From: an uncultured Bacteroidota bacterium
GTDB taxonomy: Bacteria; Bacteroidota; Bacteroidia; Bacteroidales; FEN-979
Direction of reading: 5' to 3'
NCBI GenBank assembly: GCA_937900965.1
Contig: CALCGJ010000220.1
Location: 8,418-72,417 of the forward strand
DNA: 64,000 nt
Shown here: in pieces, positions 1 through 8,452 of the stretch
Position numbering within the stretch: the first letter of the stretch is position 1
How the letters are laid out: every line of letters begins with the position of its first letter
Notes under the pieces: generated by a model
Database searches by the model: none
The model's input: only the letters and a program-made list of their open reading frames with translations
Told to the model about the DNA's origin: nothing
Program-made: the position numbers and the translations under genes

Positions 1-1
1 T

Positions 2-631
2 CATTCCACAACCAAGTATATTTGCGGTAATGCTACCAGTTTAGGAGGTATCATCTGTGGCCCGCGCGATATCGTTGAAGGAATCCGGCAAAACGGCATC
101 CGCTACCTTGGACCGGCTATGGCGCCCCTGAATGCATGGCTCAGCCTGAACGGATTGGAAACCCTTGCGCTTCGTATGGAGAGGCATTGCCACAATGCCA
201 TGGAGGTAGCCAAATTCCTTGAAAAGCATCCAAACGTGAATTATGTCAACTATCCCGGACTTCCATCAAATCCTTACCATAAGCTTATCAAGCCCCAGAT
301 GAAAGGTTGTAGTTCACTGATGTCATTTGAATTGAAAGGGAGCTATGAGGATGCTACAAGGTTTATCGATGCTCTGAGGATAATCACTCATGCTACTCAC
401 TTGGGAACCAACAAATCTATCGTTACCCATCCGGCATCTACAACCCATTCGGCAATGGGGGAGGCAGAGATGAAGAAAGCCGGGATATCACCATCGCTTA
501 TCCGTTTTTCAATCGGAATTGAAGATGAAAATGATCTCATTACTGATCTGGCTGAGGCCTTTGATTGTGCCGACGATCCGACAAAATGCAAAGGACGTCT
601 TTCACAGGATAAATATCCCTTAGCTACATAA
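2..631 (+). CDS. PLP-dependent transsulfuration-family enzyme, C-terminal part (cystathionine gamma-synthase / beta-lyase / methionine gamma-lyase class). The 5' end lies outside the window.
   Basis: The frame is open from base 2. The translation HSTTKYICGN... carries the PLP-lysine motif, followed by LETLALRMERH, YPGL, SFELKG, THPASTTHS and RFSIGIED blocks typical of the Cys/Met-metabolism PLP family. Confidence 0.8.
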   Translation, partial: HSTTKYICGNATSLGGIICGPRDIVEGIRQNGIRYLGPAMAPLNAWLSLNGLETLALRMERHCHNAMEVAKFLEKHPNVNYVNYPGLPSNPYHKLIKPQMKGCSSLMSFELKGSYEDATRFIDALRIITHATHLGTNKSIVTHPASTTHSAMGEAEMKKAGISPSLIRFSIGIEDENDLITDLAEAFDCADDPTKCKGRLSQDKYPLAT

Positions 632-635
632 AACA

Positions 636-1997
636 ATGATGTTTTACTCTACCAATCTGAAGGCAGAGCCTGTATCCTTCAAACTTGCTCTGCTGAAAGG
701 TCAGGCTCCTGACCGTGGGCTGTACATGCCCATGGAGATACCAAAAATACCCCTGGAAGAGATCTGCGGATTTGCCGGGAAACCTTACTATGAGATTGCC
801 TTTGAAGTTACGAAAAGGTTCCTCTCTGGTGAAATTGGGGAGCAGGAGCTGTTTGATATTGTGAAGGATGCATACGATTATGATGTGCCTCTGGAACATG
901 TTTTTGAACGGAAATATGTCATGCGTCTTGACCAGGGGCCAACAGCCTCTTTCAAAGATTTTGCTGCCCGGATGATGGGACGTCTGATGCAGTACTACCT
1001 GAAGCAGGAGAACCGGAAGTTGCTGATTCTTACAGCCACCTCCGGCGACACAGGCAGCGCTGTTGCAAATGCCTTTTACGGACTCGACAACATCGAGATT
1101 GTTGTCCTTTTTCCACGTAACGAAGTAACTCCTCGACAGAGAAAGCAGATGACTACACTGGGAAAAAATGTCAGGATTCTTGCTTTAGATGCCAAGTTCG
1201 ACGACTGCCAGGCACTTGTTAAGCAGGCTTTCTCCGATCCTGATCTGGAGTCGCTCAGCCTCTCATCAGCGAACTCTATCAACATCGGGCGACTGGTACC
1301 GCAAACGGTATATTATTTTTACGCTTTTGCTAAACTTCATGACGGGAATTGTAATGAGGAGGTGATCTTTTCTGTTCCTTCAGGCAACTTTGGTGATATG
1401 ATGGGAGGGGTTCTGGCGATGAAGATGGGACTACCGGTGAAGAAATTTGTGATCGCTACCAATAAGAATGATGAATTCCCCAACTATCTTTCCTCGGGTA
1501 TATATGATAAGATTGAGCCCAGTAAGAATTGTATTTCGAGTGCAATGAATGTTGGCCACCCAAGTAACCTCACCCGGTTGGTCTCACTTTTTGGCGGGAT
1601 GATGGATGAGAAGGGAATTATCCACACGGCGGCCAACATGGAAGAGATGCAAAACCAGATATGGGCAGTCAGCATATCGGATGATAAAACCCGGCAAACA
1701 ATTGCAGATGCATACAAAAAATACAACCTGCTGCTTGAACCCCATGGAGCTGTGGGCTGGGCAGGGTTGATGGATTACCTGAAATCAATACCGGAGGCGG
1801 AAGCCGAAAACTCGCTTTGTATTTCCCTGGAAACCGCCCATCCGGCAAAGTTTCCGGAGGAGATCGAAAAGATCCTGCATATTGACCCCGTCCTTCCCCC
1901 AAGCCTTGAAGGCATCGACCATCTGAAGGAGCACGTCACAGATCTTGAAAGCAGCTATGAAGCGTTCAAAGAATATCTTCTAACTTCTAAGTTCTAA
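636..1997 (+). CDS. thrC: Threonine synthase
   Basis: 453 aa. The GPTASFKDFAAR PLP-lysine motif, TATSGDTGSA and the overall layout fit long-form ThrC. It starts 5 nt after the upstream stop. Confidence 0.93.
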   Translation: MMFYSTNLKAEPVSFKLALLKGQAPDRGLYMPMEIPKIPLEEICGFAGKPYYEIAFEVTKRFLSGEIGEQELFDIVKDAYDYDVPLEHVFERKYVMRLDQGPTASFKDFAARMMGRLMQYYLKQENRKLLILTATSGDTGSAVANAFYGLDNIEIVVLFPRNEVTPRQRKQMTTLGKNVRILALDAKFDDCQALVKQAFSDPDLESLSLSSANSINIGRLVPQTVYYFYAFAKLHDGNCNEEVIFSVPSGNFGDMMGGVLAMKMGLPVKKFVIATNKNDEFPNYLSSGIYDKIEPSKNCISSAMNVGHPSNLTRLVSLFGGMMDEKGIIHTAANMEEMQNQIWAVSISDDKTRQTIADAYKKYNLLLEPHGAVGWAGLMDYLKSIPEAEAENSLCISLETAHPAKFPEEIEKILHIDPVLPPSLEGIDHLKEHVTDLESSYEAFKEYLLTSKF

Positions 1998-2041
1998 GTT
2001 CTAACTTGAGTTCTAACTTCTAACCTCTAACTTCTAACTTT
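1977..2041. repeat. Tandem heptamer array (C/G)(T/C)TCTAA, 8 units with one 5-nt insertion
   Basis: Read directly as cttctaa cttctaa gttctaa gttctaa cttgagttctaa cttctaa cctctaa cttctaa. It covers the last thrC codons, the thrC stop (1995-1997) and the whole spacer up to the thrH ATG at 2042. Confidence 0.95.
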
Positions 2042-2641
2042 ATGTATATTATCTGTTCTGATCTCGAAGGCGTCTTTGTTCCCGAAGTGTGGATCAACGT
2101 AGCCGAAAAAACAGGTATTCCAGAACTTCGTCGCACCACCCGTGATGAACCGGATTATAATAAACTCATGCACTACAGGATGAAAATTCTGGATGAACAT
2201 GACCTGAAACTCCATGATATTCAGGAGGTTATATCTCAGATTAAACCATTGCCCGGCGCTGTTGAATTCATAGCCTGGATGAAGGAGAGAACGCAGCTGA
2301 TCGTGGTATCCGACACCTTTATTCAGTTTGCGGATCCTTTGATGAAACAGCTTGGGAGACCTACGCTATTCTGCCACACCCTTATCATGGATGAAACCAA
2401 TCGGATCACCGGCTACACACTTCGCCAGAAAGACCCGAAACGGAAGACCGTTGAAGCCCTTCAGAGCCTGACTTACCAGGTTATCGCCATGGGTGATTCC
2501 TACAACGACACCAGCATGCTCAAGCAGGCCGATGTGGGCATCCTGTTCAATCCCCCGCAAAACGTGATCGACGATTATCCAGAGTTTCCGGTGACTTATG
2601 ATTACGAGCAGCTAAAGGAAATTATGAAGGAGTATATCTAG
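2042..2641 (+). CDS. thrH: ThrH-type HAD phosphatase (homoserine phosphotransferase / phosphoserine phosphatase)
   Basis: 199 aa. The protein is collinear over its full length with my recollection of Pseudomonas aeruginosa ThrH. Shared blocks include DLEGV(F/L)VPE(V/I)WI, TTRD.PDY, ILDEH.LKL.DIQEVI, RQKDPKR and GDSYNDT.ML. Confidence 0.85.
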   Translation: MYIICSDLEGVFVPEVWINVAEKTGIPELRRTTRDEPDYNKLMHYRMKILDEHDLKLHDIQEVISQIKPLPGAVEFIAWMKERTQLIVVSDTFIQFADPLMKQLGRPTLFCHTLIMDETNRITGYTLRQKDPKRKTVEALQSLTYQVIAMGDSYNDTSMLKQADVGILFNPPQNVIDDYPEFPVTYDYEQLKEIMKEYI

Positions 2642-2645
2642 GTAG

Positions 2646-2665
2646 GGTCGGGGCATGCCCCGACC
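2646..2665. terminator. Perfect 20-nt palindrome GGTCGGGGCATGCCCCGACC between convergent genes (candidate bidirectional terminator hairpin)
   Basis: An 8-bp GC-rich stem with a 4-nt loop, 5 nt after the thrH stop and 46 nt from the stop of the convergent 108-aa gene. There is no clear U-tract. Confidence 0.5.
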
Positions 2666-2676
2666 GTCCTGATGGG

Positions 2677-2703
2677 GTGATGAAAGTGATGAAGGTGATG
2701 GGA
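2677..2703. repeat. Three tandem 9-mers GTGATG(A/G)(A/G)(A/G)
   Basis: Read directly as gtgatgaaa gtgatgaag gtgatggga. C-free. Confidence 0.9.
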
Positions 2704-2710
2704 GGGAAGT

Positions 2711-3037
2711 TCACCGGGTATTTCTTGCTGCAATGGCGAACTGCATAAAATATTGTTCAATTGCATTATCCTCTTTCACAAAGATGCTTTGTAAAAATTG
2801 ATCTCTGGCACGGAGGACCTCTTTTAATCTGTATGATTTTTTTGAAACCAGCAATTCAATGGTGGCATCAAATAAATCCAGCGCCCTGATTAAAGCTGGT
2901 TCAAAATCAGTCCCCCGATGTTTTAGTTTCAACGTCCGCCCTACCTCACTGCCGATATTCCCCAATTGTTCAAGGATGGTCAATTGATTCCATCGATCAC
3001 GGTTGATTGTATAAGGAGGGGGAATGGGGTTCTTCAT
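2711..3037 (-). CDS. Hypothetical small helical protein (108 aa)
   Basis: Clean ORF 9 nt downstream of the DUF5674-like ORF on the same strand. I recognise no motif. Confidence 0.6.
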   Translation of the reverse strand: MKNPIPPPYTINRDRWNQLTILEQLGNIGSEVGRTLKLKHRGTDFEPALIRALDLFDATIELLVSKKSYRLKEVLRARDQFLQSIFVKEDNAIEQYFMQFAIAARNTR

Positions 3038-3046
3038 ATAGGGTCT

Positions 3047-3394
3047 TTAAATATTGATCTTTCGCATGATCAGCTCAATGATTTTTTTCCTGATCTCTTC
3101 ACTATCCACCCCTCTCGACATATTTTGCTGACGCGGACGAATATTGATCATTGAATCAAATTCAACGAATTCATCCGTTCCGTAACTTAACGGATATAGA
3201 TTGATTCCCCATAAATCATTTTGCAGGGATCCATGTTCAAGTAAATATTGTTCCTGATCAACATGTAACTCAGCATCCACGACAAGAATATCCCGGTTCA
3301 AATCCACAACCGCTTTAACGAGATTTCCATACATGGATTCCGCCATTTCGGAGAGTTCAGTAACTGTTATCAAATCAACCTCTTTCATCGTCAT
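3047..3394 (-). CDS. Hypothetical protein, DUF5674-like (115 aa)
   Basis: The translation (…LVVDAELHVDQEQYLLEHGS.Q.DLWGINLYP…) resembles what I recall of the DUF5674 family. The assignment is from memory only. Confidence 0.55.
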   Translation of the reverse strand: MTMKEVDLITVTELSEMAESMYGNLVKAVVDLNRDILVVDAELHVDQEQYLLEHGSLQNDLWGINLYPLSYGTDEFVEFDSMINIRPRQQNMSRGVDSEEIRKKIIELIMRKINI

Positions 3395-3529
3395 TCATTG
3401 ATTGCATGCAAAGATAAAGAAAAAGTGTTTCCAGCTTATTGACTCAATCTTATTCGGCGAAATTATTTGATAGGATCACAAAGCTCATAAGAAAAAGGGA
3501 TAATTTTAGTTTTCTCCGACACATATCAA

Positions 3530-3537
3530 TAAATTTG
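3530..3537 (+). promoter_or_regulatory. Bacteroidota -7 promoter box TAAATTTG (TAnnTTTG)
   Basis: Exact match to the TAnnTTTG consensus, 107 nt upstream of the SDR gene ATG. Confidence 0.45.
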
Positions 3538-3572
3538 TCCTGAAAATGGAACAACGAATGTTATGTACTCAG

Positions 3573-3621
3573 CATCCGCCATCCGGCATCTGGCATCCGG
3601 CATCCGGCATCTGGCATCTAG
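3573..3621. repeat. Tandem heptamer array CATC(C/T)G(G/C) x7
   Basis: Read directly as catccgc catccgg catctgg catccgg catccgg catctgg catctag. It lies between the -7 box and the SDR start codon. Confidence 0.95.
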
Positions 3622-3643
3622 TAACAAGTAATCAGCAACAAGT

Positions 3644-4408
3644 ATGGAAATAACCTTTAATGATAAAGTCGTCCTGGTAACAGGCGCTTCGAGAGGAATC
3701 GGTGCAGCCGCTGCTTATCTTTTTTCCCAGTCCGGAGCTAAAGTTGTAGTCCATTACAATCAAAACAAACAGTCAGCCGAAACGGTTCTGGGATCTCTTG
3801 CCGGATCCGGACACTCCATATTTCAGGCCGACATGGCATCACCGGATGACTTGAAAAAGATGACTTCAGAGATAATCTCACGTTATGGGAAGATTGATAT
3901 CCTGGTGAACAATGCCGGTATCTATGAAGAAGATGATATGGTACAGATGCCGTTTGACAAGTTCCTGGAATACTGGGATGAGACAATCCGGGTTAACCTG
4001 ACTGGCCCAGCCATCCTCTCGAACCTTGTTGCCCGCGAAATGGTAAAAACTGTCGGAGGCAGAATTATCAACGTTACCTCCCGTGGAGCTTTCCGTGGAG
4101 AACCCACAGCCTGGGCCTATGGGGCCAGCAAAGCGGGATTAAATTCAACCGGACAAAGCATGGCTAAATCCCTGGCGAAATACGGAATTTTCGTCTTCAC
4201 CCTGGCTCCTGGTTTCGTAGAAACCGACATGGCTGGACCTTGCCTGGTTGGCGAAAAGCGAAGGGAGATTGAGAGTCAAACCCCACTCAACCGCCTCGCC
4301 CAGCCCGAAGAGATCGGCCGCGCCATTCTGCTTCTGGCTGCTGAAGGGAACGAGTACATGACCGGTTGCATCCTCGATATGAATGGAGCATCGTACCTTA
4401 GAACGTAG
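3644..4408 (+). CDS. SDR-family oxidoreductase (FabG-like 3-oxoacyl reductase class)
   Basis: 254 aa with the TGASRGIG cofactor motif, NNAG and YGASK catalytic motifs. Confidence 0.9.
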   Translation: MEITFNDKVVLVTGASRGIGAAAAYLFSQSGAKVVVHYNQNKQSAETVLGSLAGSGHSIFQADMASPDDLKKMTSEIISRYGKIDILVNNAGIYEEDDMVQMPFDKFLEYWDETIRVNLTGPAILSNLVAREMVKTVGGRIINVTSRGAFRGEPTAWAYGASKAGLNSTGQSMAKSLAKYGIFVFTLAPGFVETDMAGPCLVGEKRREIESQTPLNRLAQPEEIGRAILLLAAEGNEYMTGCILDMNGASYLRT

Positions 4409-4460
4409 GGAGGTAGGGAGGTAGGGAGGTAGGGAGGTAGGGAAGTAGAGAAGTGAGTTG
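4405..4460. repeat. Tandem octamer array GTAGGGAG x4 plus 3 degenerate units. C-free, with five GGG tracts separated by 5-nt loops.
   Basis: Read directly. The first TAG of the array (4406-4408) is the SDR stop codon. Confidence 0.95.
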
Positions 4461-4469
4461 CTCTGTCAC

Positions 4470-4871
4470 TTATTTTTTTTTGTCTTTTGGGCAGAATGAT
4501 GGTGCTTTTAGTTCCATGGTGATTAATTGAGCGATAATTATTTCGTATTGATTGGTTAACTTGTCCAGAAGTACCTGATCAATATAACCGCAAGCATAAG
4601 AAAATTCAAGCCATGTTTCGGTTTCAGATGCTTCCTGAATGGAATCAGTTAGTTTACTTGTAAAAGCAGCGACATATCTGCGCTTGTGCCAGCCTTCAGC
4701 CAGATTGCTGCATACAGATCTGGATGATCTCCGGATTTGATCCGTCATTGAGTATTTCTCTTCCTTCGGAAATGTCCTGGTAATCTTAAAAATCTCCATT
4801 GCAGAATTGAAAGCAGACTGATATACTTTCAATTCTCTGACGTGCCTTGCAAAATTGTTCTGTTTTTCCAT
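4470..4871 (-). CDS. Four-helix-bundle protein (23S rRNA intervening-sequence protein / Avd-like family)
   Basis: 133 aa. The pattern ELKVYQ.A…FP.EE.Y.…DQ.RRS..SV..N.AEG… is typical of the TIGR02436-type family. Confidence 0.85.
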   Translation of the reverse strand: MEKQNNFARHVRELKVYQSAFNSAMEIFKITRTFPKEEKYSMTDQIRRSSRSVCSNLAEGWHKRRYVAAFTSKLTDSIQEASETETWLEFSYACGYIDQVLLDKLTNQYEIIIAQLITMELKAPSFCPKDKKK

Positions 4872-5025
4872 GATATTTAGTTTATTTATCCATTATTAAT
4901 CAGGATAATCGAAAAAGGTAATACCCAAATCCCAAAAACTTACCAACAAAATACTCCCCACCTCCTTTAACTCCCCATTAACAGACATTAACTCCCCCTT
5001 AACATTATCACTCCTATCATCCGGT

Positions 5026-5033
5026 TACATTTG
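5026..5033 (+). promoter_or_regulatory. -7 promoter box TACATTTG
   Basis: TAnnTTTG match 33 nt upstream of the ATG at 5066. Confidence 0.45.
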
Positions 5034-5065
5034 TCCATCCAACATCAAACACAAAAAAACAAGCC

Positions 5066-5422
5066 ATGAAAAATCTTATGTATTACCTGAAACTGGTCAC
5101 CCCTGCATTATTGGTGATCTTTATTCTTGGAGGAAAACCAGCGAAAGTAAAGGGGCAGGAACCTGAGAAAAAAGAGAAGAAAACGTATGCTATTAAAGTT
5201 ATCAAGGATGAGAACGGAGAAAAGGTGGTTTACGATACCTCCTTCACATGGGATGATAAGGAAGGGATGGAACATATATTGGCCGATTTGGACCTGGAAG
5301 ATTGCGGGGAAGACGGAGATATGAAACTCATCGTGAAGAAAGACAAGGAGTGTGAATCAGAAGCCGATGTCTATATCATAAAATCAGCCTCTTCGAAAGA
5401 TAAAAAGAGAAAAAAGAAGTGA
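5066..5422 (+). CDS. Hypothetical secreted protein with an acidic core and a K-rich tail (118 aa)
   Basis: N-terminal hydrophobic signal-like segment and a promoter box upstream. No recognisable family. Confidence 0.6.
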   Translation: MKNLMYYLKLVTPALLVIFILGGKPAKVKGQEPEKKEKKTYAIKVIKDENGEKVVYDTSFTWDDKEGMEHILADLDLEDCGEDGDMKLIVKKDKECESEADVYIIKSASSKDKKRKKK

Positions 5423-5436
5423 CGGAGTGACGTAGT

Positions 5437-8301
5437 TTAATCTTCACATACACATTCCAGGTTCCTGTCCCCAAATGCATCATCAATCCTTGTCACAGTG
5501 GGCCAGTACTTATCCTCTTTTAGCCCTTCAGCGGGGTAAGCTGCTTTTTGCCGTGAGTAGGGGAGGTTCCACTCATCTGCAGTAACCATGAGCGTTGTAT
5601 GAGGTGCCTTTTTGATTACGTTGATGTCTTTATCTGCAGTTCCAGCCTTGATCTCATTGATCTCCTCCTTAATCGAAACCATGGCATCAATAAACCGGTT
5701 AAGCTCAAAATAGGGTTCACTCTCTGTGGGCTCTACCATAAGTGTTCCGTGAACCGGGAAAGCAACGGTGGGTGCATGGAATCCATAGTCCATCAGCCGT
5801 TTGGCAATGTCGATAGCTCCAATTCCGGTCTCTCTTGCAATCCCGTTACAGTCAACAATCATTTCATGTGCACAATGCCCCTTTTTACCGGTGTATAAAA
5901 TCGGGTAATGAGGCTCCAAAGCTACCTTGAGGTAGTTGGCATTAAGGATCGCAAGTTTCGTGGCTTCAGTCAGTCCGGCGCCCCCCATCAGTTTAATGTA
6001 GGCATAGGAGATGGTCAGTATCAATGAGCTTCCATAAGGGCCTGATGCCACAGCATGAATTCCATTGCTTCCTCCGGTGTTTACGACCACATGCTTAGGA
6101 AGGAACGGGGTGAGGTGTTTTGCAACGGCAATAGGGCCTTCACCCGGTCCACCTCCACCATGTGGGATCGCAAAGGTCTTATGCAGGTTCAGGTGGCAAA
6201 CATCGGCGCCGATGATGCCGGGATTTGTAAGGCCAACCTGGGCATTCATATTAGCCCCGTCCATATAAACCTGGCCTCCATTCTCGTGAATTATGCTGCA
6301 GATCTCCAGGATCTCTTCTTCAAATACACCGTGAGTTGATGGATAGGTCACCATCAGGGAGGAGAGTCTCTCCTTATGGTGGATTGCCTTCTCCCGGAGG
6401 TCGTTGACATCAATGTTGCCTCTCTCGTCGCATTTGATGACGACAATCTCCATGCCGGCCATCGCTGCACTGGCAGGATTGGTCCCATGTGCGGAGGATG
6501 GAATCAGACAAACATTGCGATGCCCTTCGCCGCGACTGATATGATACTCCCGGATCACAAGCAAGCCTGTGTACTCACCGGAAGCCCCGCTGTTTGGCAT
6601 AAATGAAACGGCATCAAGGCCTGTTGTAATGCAGAGTTGACGTTCCAACTCCCTGATCAGGAACTGGTAACCTTCAACCTGATCTTTCGGGACAAATGGA
6701 TGAATATTCCCAAACTCCGGCCAGCTCAATGCAAAAAGCTCAGCCGCAGCATTCAGCTTCATGGTACACGATCCCAGTGGAATCATCGATCGATTCAAAG
6801 ACAGGTCTTTGATCTCCAGTCTTTTAATATAACGCATCATCTCCGTCTCGGAGTGGTAACCCGAAAACACTTGCTGAGGCAGAATAGTTGATTTCCGTGT
6901 CAATGACTCTGGAAGGGTGCTGATCTTTTCGCACTCCTTTGGATTACAGATGAACTCAGCACATGGACTCCCGGTTGCTTTCGCCAGAATACAAAGGATC
7001 AGGTTGACATCGGCCAGTTCCGTTGTTTCATCCAGACTGATACCGATATGCTTTTTATCAAAATAGCGGAAGTTCAATTTATCCTCAAGCGCAAGCTTTT
7101 GAAGCTGATCCATTGATACGGTCTTTGGTACCCGCACATAGAGCGTATCGAAAAAACAGGTATTCAACTGCTCATAACCATATTTTGCCAGTTCCTGCGA
7201 CAGAACACCGGTGAGAATGTTGATGTGGCGGGCAATCTCCTGAAGGCCTTTGGGACCATGATAAACGGCATACATGCCAGCCATAACTGCCAGAAGAACC
7301 TGGGAAGTACAAATGTTTGATGTAGCCCGTTCGCGCTTGATATGCTGCTCCCTGGTCTGGAGTGCCATCCGAAGGGCTCTGTCTCCGTTAGCATCAACTG
7401 ATATCCCGATAATTCTTCCGGGCATGTTACGTTTGAACTCCTCTTTTGTGGCAAAATAAGCTGCATGTGGTCCTCCGTATCCCATTGGAACACCAAATCG
7501 CTGCGTGGACCCGAAAACCACATCGGCACCCCATTCGCCCGGAGGTGTCAGCATGACAAGACTCATAATGTCTGCAGCAACTGCTACCAGAGATTTGTTC
7601 TCATGGGCTTTCTCAACGAAAGTTGTATAATCGGTAACTTCGCCTTTCTCGTTCGGATATTGGACAATAGCTCCGAAAACGGCATCCGTGAAGTTGAATC
7701 CGTTATGATTGCCAATAATCAAATCAATTCCAAGTGGGACAGCCCGTGTTTTGATCACATCGATGGTTTGAGGAAAGAGTTCCTCTGACACGAAGAATTT
7801 GTTGGCACCCCGCTTTACGGCATCCCGGCTGCGGGAGTTGTACAACATGATCATGGCCTCACCGGCGGCTGTTCCTTCATCAAGTAATGATGCATTAGCG
7901 ATTGGCAGGCCTGTCAGACTGCAGATCATGGTCTGAAAGTTCAACAGAGCCTCAAGTCGTCCCTGTGAGATTTCAGCCTGGTAAGGAGTATAGGCAGTAT
8001 ACCAACCCGGGTTCTCCAGAATGTTTCGCAGGATCACGCCGGGAGTGATCGTATTGTAATAACCCATCCCGATGAAGCTCTTAAACAGCTTGTTCTTTGC
8101 TGCAACCTCTTTCAGGTGGGTCAGGAACTGGTATTCATTCAACCCTTTCGGGAGATTCATGGGTTCTGATAACCGGATCGAGGAAGGGACTGTCTCATCG
8201 ATGAGCTGATCGAGGGAGGATACACCGATTTTTTCCAGCATGGCTTTTATCTCAGTAGCATTTGGACCATTGTGCCGGCAAACGAAATTATTCGTGATCA
8301 T
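5437..8301 (-). CDS. gcvP: Glycine dehydrogenase (decarboxylating), single-chain P protein
   Basis: 954 aa. It has the full-length GcvP layout, including [11 protein letters not shown], the [11 protein letters not shown]-lysine region and GGGGPG. Confidence 0.95.
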   Translation of the reverse strand: MITNNFVCRHNGPNATEIKAMLEKIGVSSLDQLIDETVPSSIRLSEPMNLPKGLNEYQFLTHLKEVAAKNKLFKSFIGMGYYNTITPGVILRNILENPGWYTAYTPYQAEISQGRLEALLNFQTMICSLTGLPIANASLLDEGTAAGEAMIMLYNSRSRDAVKRGANKFFVSEELFPQTIDVIKTRAVPLGIDLIIGNHNGFNFTDAVFGAIVQYPNEKGEVTDYTTFVEKAHENKSLVAVAADIMSLVMLTPPGEWGADVVFGSTQRFGVPMGYGGPHAAYFATKEEFKRNMPGRIIGISVDANGDRALRMALQTREQHIKRERATSNICTSQVLLAVMAGMYAVYHGPKGLQEIARHINILTGVLSQELAKYGYEQLNTCFFDTLYVRVPKTVSMDQLQKLALEDKLNFRYFDKKHIGISLDETTELADVNLILCILAKATGSPCAEFICNPKECEKISTLPESLTRKSTILPQQVFSGYHSETEMMRYIKRLEIKDLSLNRSMIPLGSCTMKLNAAAELFALSWPEFGNIHPFVPKDQVEGYQFLIRELERQLCITTGLDAVSFMPNSGASGEYTGLLVIREYHISRGEGHRNVCLIPSSAHGTNPASAAMAGMEIVVIKCDERGNIDVNDLREKAIHHKERLSSLMVTYPSTHGVFEEEILEICSIIHENGGQVYMDGANMNAQVGLTNPGIIGADVCHLNLHKTFAIPHGGGGPGEGPIAVAKHLTPFLPKHVVVNTGGSNGIHAVASGPYGSSLILTISYAYIKLMGGAGLTEATKLAILNANYLKVALEPHYPILYTGKKGHCAHEMIVDCNGIARETGIGAIDIAKRLMDYGFHAPTVAFPVHGTLMVEPTESEPYFELNRFIDAMVSIKEEINEIKAGTADKDINVIKKAPHTTLMVTADEWNLPYSRQKAAYPAEGLKEDKYWPTVTRIDDAFGDRNLECVCED

Positions 8302-8343
8302 AGTTGTTGTGAATTAATAAACAGTAGTATGTGAAAGAAGAGG

Positions 8344-8351
8344 CAAAAGTA
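8344..8351 (-). promoter_or_regulatory. -7 promoter box TACTTTTG for gcvP
   Basis: The reverse complement of caaaagta is TACTTTTG, about 43 nt upstream of the gcvP ATG. Confidence 0.45.
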
Positions 8352-8452
8352 CCATTTTTTTATTTTTCTTTCACTGATTATGGGACTATGTTTGAGGTTA
8401 TCCCGATATTTGCAATAAATTGTGAACGACAACAATTATAAGGAGATATCAT

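Noticed and set aside
1977-4460. The tandem arrays as CRISPR-like loci
   Set aside because: The units are 7-9 nt and directly abutting, with no spacers, and there are no cas genes. They are microsatellite-type arrays.
4470-4871. The four-helix-bundle (Avd-like) gene as part of a diversity-generating retroelement
   Set aside because: No reverse transcriptase gene and no template/variable repeat pair are present anywhere nearby. The PKD protein repeats at 12-13.6 kb are ordinary domain repeats without an adenine-specific mismatch pattern.
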